From positions 2,160,001-2,192,000 of the forward strand of contig NZ_LN831039.1 in assembly GCF_001457595.1 (NCBI RefSeq): a DNA stretch of 32,000 bases, read 5' to 3'. Position 1 is the stretch's first letter. Every line of letters starts with the position of its first letter. Positions 26,383 to 32,000 of this stretch are shown here, one piece after another. This DNA comes from Mycolicibacterium smegmatis (GTDB lineage Bacteria; Actinomycetota; Actinomycetes; Mycobacteriales; Mycobacteriaceae). Below the pieces are notes generated by a model. It searched no databases. It was not told where the DNA came from and saw only the letters and a list, made by a program, of their open reading frames with translations. The position numbers were made by a program, and so were the translations under genes.

Positions 26383-27724
26383 GCGCCTCGGCCACTTCGG
26401 TGGCCGCGCGCTGCCCGGAACGCACTGCGCCGTCGAGGAATCCGGTCCACACGTCGGCGGTTTCGGTACCGGCCCAGTGGATTCCGTCGATCGGTTTGCG
26501 CAGCCACGGCCCGTAGGCGGTCCACGCCTCCGGCGGCACCGCCGCGGTCGGGCCGCCGGGCGCGAAAGCCTCTGTGCCCCAACAATGATCGAGATAGTCG
26601 ATGGGGTCGCGGGCCGCGTCGCCGAAGAACGTCGCGAACCCGCCGAGTGCGCGTTGGCGCCGCTGCTCGGGCGGTAACGCGTCGAACGTGCGGGCATCGG
26701 TGAAACCGAGCAGGATTCCGGGACCCTCGTCGCCCGGGCTCACGTCGAACGTGATGAACACCGGGCCCTCGTCACTCAACGCCTCACCCGAGCACCCGTT
26801 GGCCCGCCAGAACGGCCGATCGTAGGCCGCGTAGGCCTTGCTCAGCCGTCCCTGCGGCCAGTGCGCGGCCAGTTCGGTGTACTCGGGTGGCAGCGGCGGG
26901 TCGAACTCGATGTCGCCGCGGTGCTGCGGGGCGATCGCGATGACCACCGCGCGCGCCCGCACGTGGCCGGTGGTGAACGTGACGCCGATGTCGCCACCGG
27001 AGTGGCGTTCGATGCGCTGCACCGGCGCGTCGAGCGCGATGCGTTGGCCCAGTTCATCGGCCATGCGCAGCGCGATCTGCTGCGTTCCCTCGACCAGCCG
27101 GTCCTGCTGTGCGCCGCCTTCGACGTCGAGCAGTCGGGTGAGTCCGCCCGCGGCCTTCACGTACCGCACGGCATGCAGCATCGACACCTGATCGGGTTCG
27201 GCGCCCCAGGTCACCCGCGACATGATCGCCATGAGATTTCGGGTCGACGCGTTCGCGTGCACATACCGCAGCCAGCGCTCCATGCTGTACTGGTCGAGCT
27301 TGTGCGCGAGCGAACCGTTCCACGGTTCGGCGACGTCGACGTGGCGGAACAACCGCTCGAACCGCCACTGGATCCGCGACACATCGAGCAGTTCGATGAT
27401 CGACAACCGGGGGATGGTGCTGCGGTAGGACCGCACCCGCCCGTGCCAGCGGATCAGGTTCTTTCCGCGGTTGTAGGTGGGCACCGTGGCGCAACCGAGT
27501 TCGGCCGCCAGACCCAGCACCGCGTCCTGGGTGGGACCGACGAACGTGCCGCCCAGATCGACCGGCACCCCGGCGATCGTCGCGGTCGAAGAACGACCCC
27601 CCACCCGGTCACGGCCCTCCAGGACCACGACGTCGTACCCGAGCTGCACCAACCTGCGTGCCGCCGTCAAACCGGCGAAGCCGGCCCCCACCACCGCAAC
27701 GTCGGCGCTCGTCGGGATGCTCAT
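26357..27724 (-). CDS. Flavin-dependent monoamine oxidase family protein
   Basis: [71 protein letters not shown]...[30 protein letters not shown]. Confidence 0.95.
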   Translation of the reverse strand: MSIPTSADVAVVGAGFAGLTAARRLVQLGYDVVVLEGRDRVGGRSSTATIAGVPVDLGGTFVGPTQDAVLGLAAELGCATVPTYNRGKNLIRWHGRVRSYRSTIPRLSIIELLDVSRIQWRFERLFRHVDVAEPWNGSLAHKLDQYSMERWLRYVHANASTRNLMAIMSRVTWGAEPDQVSMLHAVRYVKAAGGLTRLLDVEGGAQQDRLVEGTQQIALRMADELGQRIALDAPVQRIERHSGGDIGVTFTTGHVRARAVVIAIAPQHRGDIEFDPPLPPEYTELAAHWPQGRLSKAYAAYDRPFWRANGCSGEALSDEGPVFITFDVSPGDEGPGILLGFTDARTFDALPPEQRRQRALGGFATFFGDAARDPIDYLDHCWGTEAFAPGGPTAAVPPEAWTAYGPWLRKPIDGIHWAGTETADVWTGFLDGAVRSGQRAATEVAEALKSSAAAG

Positions 27725-27743
27725 GTCACTAGGCTCTCACGCC

Positions 27744-28733
27744 GTGAAGATCATGACCGCCCTGTTCGGTCCCACAGATGCCATAGAACGAACCCATGCC
27801 CTCGTCGAGGCCGGTGCCACGGGGGTCTTCACCTTCGAAGGCCCGCACGACGTGTTCGCGCCACTCACGCTGGCGTCGACCGTCGGAGGCGTCGACCTCA
27901 TGACCAACGTGGCGATCGCGTTTCCCCGCAACCCGATTCACCTGGCCCACCAGGCGATCGACCATCAACTGCTCTCCGGTGGGCGCTTCACGCTCGGCCT
28001 GGGCACCCAGATCCGCACGCAGATCGAGAAGCGTTTCGGCGCGGACTTCGAGCGGCCGGTCGGCAGGATGCGGGAACTCATCGGGGCCCTGCGGGCGATC
28101 TTCGACGCGTGGCAGACGGGGGAACGTCTGGACTTCCGCGGCGAGTTCTACCGCCATACGCTCATGACCCCGACGTTCAGCCCGGGCCCCTCGCCGTACG
28201 GCCCGCCGCCGATCTACGTGGGTGCGCTCGGCCCGCAGCTGACCCGCGCCACTGCCGAGCTGGCCGACGGCCTGCTGGTGATGCCGTTCGGCTCGAAGCG
28301 ATTTCTCCACGAGGTCATCGTTCCCGCTGTGCGGGCCGGGCTAAACGCCGCCGGACGGTCGGCCGACGACTTCGCCGTCGTCCCCGAGATCATCGTGTCG
28401 GTCGGTGAGGACGACCGCGATCACGACGCCACCCGCCGGCTGCTGGCGTTCTACGGGTCGACGCCGGCGTACCGGCCCGTCCTGGACGCGCACGGCTGGG
28501 GAGACCTGCAGCCCGAGCTCAACGCGATGTCCAAGCAGGGGCGCTGGCAGGAGATGAGTGCGCTGGTCGACGACGACGTCCTGCACACCATCGCGGCCTG
28601 CGGCAGCCCCGCCGAGATCGCCGCGCACATCGCCGACCGCGTCGCCGGGGTCGGTGACCGCATATGCCTCTACCAGCCAACTCCCATTTCGTTGGACTCG
28701 CTTGCCCAGATCGTCGACGCACTGCGCACCTGA
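27744..28733 (+). CDS. LLM class (probable F420-dependent) oxidoreductase
   Basis: VKIMTALFGPTDAIERTHALVEAGATGVFTFEGPHDVFAPLTLASTVGGVDLMTNVAIAFPRNPIHLAHQAIDHQLLSGGRFTLGLGTQIRTQIEKRFG. GTG 27744 start, alternative ATG 27753. Confidence 0.92.
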   Translation: MKIMTALFGPTDAIERTHALVEAGATGVFTFEGPHDVFAPLTLASTVGGVDLMTNVAIAFPRNPIHLAHQAIDHQLLSGGRFTLGLGTQIRTQIEKRFGADFERPVGRMRELIGALRAIFDAWQTGERLDFRGEFYRHTLMTPTFSPGPSPYGPPPIYVGALGPQLTRATAELADGLLVMPFGSKRFLHEVIVPAVRAGLNAAGRSADDFAVVPEIIVSVGEDDRDHDATRRLLAFYGSTPAYRPVLDAHGWGDLQPELNAMSKQGRWQEMSALVDDDVLHTIAACGSPAEIAAHIADRVAGVGDRICLYQPTPISLDSLAQIVDALRT

Positions 28734-28777
28734 GCCCCTAATGTGGTGGTACGCGGCGGGACCAAAGGAGGTTCTCT

Positions 28778-30337
28778 ATGGGTGCCACGGAGTCGACCGA
28801 CCCCGCATACACCGACGTGTTGATCATCGGTGCGGGCATCTCAGGGATCAATGCGGCGTACCGCATCCACGAGAAGTGCCCCGGACTGACGTACACGCTG
28901 CTGGAGCGGCGCGAACGCATCGGCGGCACCTGGGACCTGTTCCGGTACCCGGGTATCCGGTCCGACAGTGACATCTTCACGCTGAGCTACCCGTACGAGC
29001 CGTGGACGCGTCCGGAGAACGTCGCCGACGGCGGTGACATCCGCGCCTACCTCACCGAGACCGCACGCAAGTACGGCATCGACCGCCACATCCGGTTCAA
29101 CACCCATGTGCTGTCCGCCGATTGGGATTCGGACACCGACACCTGGACGCTGCACACCGAGCAGGACGGGCAGCGCAGGGACTACCGGGCCCGGTTCGTG
29201 TTCTTCGGCACCGGCTACTACAACTACGACGAGCCCTATCAGCCGGAGTTCCCGGGCATGGCGGACTTTCACGGGGAGGTCGTGCACCCGCAGTTCTGGC
29301 CCGAGTCGCTCGACTACACCGGCAAGAGTGTGGTGGTGATCGGCAGCGGCGCCACCGCGATCAGCCTGGTGCCTGCCATGGCGCGCACCGCGGGCCACGT
29401 GACCATGCTGCAGCGGTCACCGACGTACATGATGTCGTCCCCGCGGATCAACCCGGCGGTGCAGGCGATCCGGAAGGTGTTGCCGCGCAGGGTGGCCCAC
29501 CAGGTGGTTCGGGTGCGCAACGCCATGGTGCAGTACGTGGCGTACAACTTCTTCCGCGCGGCACCCCGGCTCGGGCGGTGGGTGATCCGCAAGGCCACCA
29601 TCGGCGTGCTGCCCAAGGGCTATCCGGTCGACGTGCATTTCAAGCCCAGGTACAACCCGTGGGATCAGCGGATGTGCCTGGTGCTCGACAAGGACATCTT
29701 CGAAGGGATCAGCAGCGGGCAGGTCGAGGTGGTCACCGACCACATCGACCACTTCGACGCCGACGGCATCGTGCTGAGGTCCGGCAACCGGATCGACGCC
29801 GACGTCGTCGTCACGGCAACGGGTCTGCAACTGCAGGCGCTCGGCGGGATCACCCTGCGGGTCGACGGCGACGAGGTCAAGCCCACCGAGCGGTTCGTCT
29901 ACAAGGAGTTCCTGCTCGAGGACGTGCCGAACATGGCGTGGTGCATCGGCTACACCAACGCCTCATGGACGCTGCGTGCCGACATGACCGCGAAGGCCGT
30001 CGCGAAACTGTTGGCCTACATGGGTTCCCACGGGTACACCCACGCCTATCCGCACAAGGGCTCGACCCCGATCGCCGAGAAGCGCACCTGGGATCTAGAG
30101 GCCGGCTACATCCAGCGCTCCGAGCACGCCCTACCGCGCTCGGGCACCAAACGACCGTGGCACGTGCGGCACAACTACCTGCTCGACGCCATCGACCACC
30201 GTTTCGACCGCATCGACGAGTCGATGGTCTTCGGGCGTGCCCCCGCCGCCGTCCAGGTGCCCGCCTCAGCACCTTCCCCGGCACCTCCGTCAGCACCGCG
30301 AGCGGGCGCGTCTGCTGTGGAACCCGCCGCGAGTTAG
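28778..30337 (+). CDS. Flavin-containing monooxygenase, Baeyer-Villiger type
   Basis: VLIIGAGISGINAAYRIHEKCPGLTYTLLERRERIGGTWDLFRYPGIRSDSD and the BVMO fingerprint FHGEVVHPQFWP (FxGxxxHxxxWP) at 29267-29302. Strong RBS aaaggagg. Confidence 0.95.
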   Translation: MGATESTDPAYTDVLIIGAGISGINAAYRIHEKCPGLTYTLLERRERIGGTWDLFRYPGIRSDSDIFTLSYPYEPWTRPENVADGGDIRAYLTETARKYGIDRHIRFNTHVLSADWDSDTDTWTLHTEQDGQRRDYRARFVFFGTGYYNYDEPYQPEFPGMADFHGEVVHPQFWPESLDYTGKSVVVIGSGATAISLVPAMARTAGHVTMLQRSPTYMMSSPRINPAVQAIRKVLPRRVAHQVVRVRNAMVQYVAYNFFRAAPRLGRWVIRKATIGVLPKGYPVDVHFKPRYNPWDQRMCLVLDKDIFEGISSGQVEVVTDHIDHFDADGIVLRSGNRIDADVVVTATGLQLQALGGITLRVDGDEVKPTERFVYKEFLLEDVPNMAWCIGYTNASWTLRADMTAKAVAKLLAYMGSHGYTHAYPHKGSTPIAEKRTWDLEAGYIQRSEHALPRSGTKRPWHVRHNYLLDAIDHRFDRIDESMVFGRAPAAVQVPASAPSPAPPSAPRAGASAVEPAAS

Positions 30338-30363
30338 CAGCAGGCGGCGCACGCTCGCGCGCA

Positions 30364-31119
30364 CTACGGAACCCGGATCTGCAGTCCCGTCGCCAGCAAC
30401 CGGGACGCCGAGAGCCCGAACGTGGACTTGAACCGGTCGGCGAGATGCGACGGGCTCGCGAAGCCCGAGTCGACGGCGGCCGTGGTCAGGGCGTGGCCCG
30501 CGGCCAGCAGTGCACCGGCGCGCAGCAGCCTGCACCACATGCGGTAGCGCCGCAGGCTCGTGCCCAGTTCGGCGCGGAACAGGTGCAGGAAGCGGGATTC
30601 GGACAACCCGGCTGCGGCGGCCAGGTCGGCGGCCGTCACCACCGTGGCCGGGTCGTCGCGGATCTGCTTGGCCGCCAGTTCGATCCGCGGGTCGATGTCA
30701 TGGATCACCGAAGGCGCCGCGGTGTCCAGCCAGCGCACGGCCGAAGAATCGTCAGCCGGTGGGTTGAGCAACAGATCCTCGCGGTGGTGCCCGATACCGA
30801 TGCCGTGGACGACGTTGTCGAACTGCCTGCGGCACGACGTGCTCCGGTGTGACGCCGGATCCAGATAACACGACACCAGCGGTCCCGTCATCACCAGATG
30901 GTGCGTCACGCGTGGGGGAATGAGCGCGGTACGCGCGGAGATACGGTCCCCACCGACATCGATGGTCAACGGCGCGTCGACCCCGACCACCAGACACCAC
31001 ACCGAACCCGAATGCGGTTGCAGGCCCAGGGCCGGACCCGAGTACAGACCCTGGCCGGGCCACAGCCACACCGCCGGATAGCAGGTTTGTGGAAGCGGTG
31101 CGGGTATCGGGGTCGGCAT
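30364..31119 (-). CDS. AraC family transcriptional regulator
   Basis: VVTAADLAAAAGLSESRFLHLFRAELGTSLRRYRMWCRLLRAGALLAAGHALTTAAVDSGFASPSHLADRFKSTFGLSASRLL. Confidence 0.92.
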   Translation of the reverse strand: MPTPIPAPLPQTCYPAVWLWPGQGLYSGPALGLQPHSGSVWCLVVGVDAPLTIDVGGDRISARTALIPPRVTHHLVMTGPLVSCYLDPASHRSTSCRRQFDNVVHGIGIGHHREDLLLNPPADDSSAVRWLDTAAPSVIHDIDPRIELAAKQIRDDPATVVTAADLAAAAGLSESRFLHLFRAELGTSLRRYRMWCRLLRAGALLAAGHALTTAAVDSGFASPSHLADRFKSTFGLSASRLLATGLQIRVP

Positions 31120-31153
31120 GCTGGCCTCCTCATCACCTGAGCAGGAGGTTACC

Positions 31154-31525
31154 TTGAGCGTCGGAGTCGCAGCAGTGATCGTGGTCGCCGGGGTGTTCTT
31201 CCTCGGCATGGGCGTCTGCGCGCTGAGGGCGCCACAGGCGCTCCTGCGGCCGTTCGACTTCGAGCTCAGGTCGGCGTCGTCGCGTGCCGAGGTGCGCGGG
31301 GTGTACGGCGGTTTCGGCCTGGCGATCGCCGCGGTCCTGGCGTACGCGGCCGTCGCACCGGCGGTGCGGACCGGCGTGTTGATCACGGTCGGCGCAGCGC
31401 TGGCGGGCATGGCGGTGGGCCGCGCGGCCTCGGCGGTGTTCGACGAGCGAACCCCGTTCTACCCCAACTGGTTCTACTTCCTGGTCGAGGCGATCGGTGC
31501 GGCAGCGCTGTTCTGGGCCGTCTGA
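31154..31525 (+). CDS. Small membrane protein, DUF4345-like
   Basis: [68 protein letters not shown] start 5-10 nt after aggagg, about 4 TM segments. Confidence 0.72.
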   Translation: MSVGVAAVIVVAGVFFLGMGVCALRAPQALLRPFDFELRSASSRAEVRGVYGGFGLAIAAVLAYAAVAPAVRTGVLITVGAALAGMAVGRAASAVFDERTPFYPNWFYFLVEAIGAAALFWAV

Positions 31526-31538
31526 TCGCGGGAAAACC

Positions 31539-32000
31539 CTACGGTGCGACGGTGAGCCAGTCGGTGAAACCCGACGGGTCGTGGCGGCCGAGCGCGCCGT
31601 GTTCGAACAGGCCCCATCCCTCAGCGGGGGCGGAGCTGCCCTCGGTGCACACCGCGCGCCCGACGTGGTCGATCACGCCGAAGGCGGCACGGCTGATGAT
31701 CGCCGGGTCGGTCATGTCGTAGGTGAGCCGTTCGGTGAACTTCTCGCCCTTCCACACGCCGTGCAACCAGTCCGGGTCGCCACCGTAACCGCCGCCGACG
31801 TGAATCGGCACCGCCAGTTTGGATTCCACGTCGAACCGCACCGGGGAACCGTCGGCGGCGGTCGCGTCGATGGTGGCGCCGGTGGGGATGCGGGTGCCCG
31901 AGCGGTAGTGGATCTTGATGCGCGGCCACCCCAGTTGTTCGATGCGGCCGTCTTTCCAGATGCGGGTGCAGTCGTTGAGGGAGCGGAACCCGTTGGGCTC
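31539..32000 (-). CDS. Conserved hypothetical protein (partial, runs off right edge)
   Basis: Open minus frame ...RFDVESKLAVPIHVGGGYGGDPDWLHGVWKGEKFTERLTYDMTDPAIISRAAFGVIDHVGRAVCTEGSSAPAEGWGLFEHGALGRHDPSGFTDWLTVAP*. It continues to the window edge upstream of the annotated M. Confidence 0.75.
   Translation of the reverse strand, partial: EPNGFRSLNDCTRIWKDGRIEQLGWPRIKIHYRSGTRIPTGATIDATAADGSPVRFDVESKLAVPIHVGGGYGGDPDWLHGVWKGEKFTERLTYDMTDPAIISRAAFGVIDHVGRAVCTEGSSAPAEGWGLFEHGALGRHDPSGFTDWLTVAP

Noticed and set aside
26861-28408. 515-aa plus-strand ORF opposite the amine oxidase
   Set aside because: No recognisable motifs. The minus-strand amine oxidase and the in-phase LLM gene explain the region.
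1-32000. Defence system, prophage, retron or biosynthetic gene cluster
   Set aside because: No nuclease, methyltransferase, reverse transcriptase, integrase, NRPS/PKS or toxin-antitoxin signatures were seen. All confident ORFs are metabolic, transport or regulatory. I cannot run domain searches, so small cryptic ORFs are not excluded.

Overview
This 32 kb window looks like ordinary high-GC actinobacterial chromosome, most likely a fast-growing Mycobacterium/Mycolicibacterium (inferred from F420-type LLM and DUF385 proteins, and TANNNT -10 boxes placed next to start codons). It is densely packed with catabolic, redox and regulatory genes. Supported modules: (1) an FAH-family hydrolase/isomerase plus a VOC/extradiol-dioxygenase-like protein, divergent from a GntR regulator; (2) a LacI regulator divergent from a HisD-like dehydrogenase and an SDR, with a CpG-centred palindrome between them; (3) a four-gene molybdate operon, HTH-TOBE regulator-modA-modB-modC, in which every junction is a 4-nt start/stop overlap; (4) a cytochrome P450; (5) an internally deleted, frame-broken remnant of a hydroxypyruvate isomerase gene, next to an acyltransferase-3/SGNH protein whose first-helix histidine appears replaced by Gln; (6) a GntP-type permease, CaiB/BaiF CoA-transferase, HMG-CoA-lyase-like enzyme and IclR regulator cassette; (7) a TetR regulator divergent from an SDR-MFS operon with a duplicated operator-like element; (8) a quinone oxidoreductase/zinc alcohol dehydrogenase divergent pair around a perfect 12-bp palindrome; (9) alpha/beta hydrolase, flavin amine oxidase, LLM oxidoreductase, Baeyer-Villiger-type monooxygenase and AraC genes. 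I found no CRISPR array, tRNA/rRNA, prophage, transposase or recognisable defence system. The best second-look items are the hyi remnant, the altered acyltransferase, the CoA-transferase/lyase cassette, the two palindromic operator candidates and a recurring leaderless promoter geometry.
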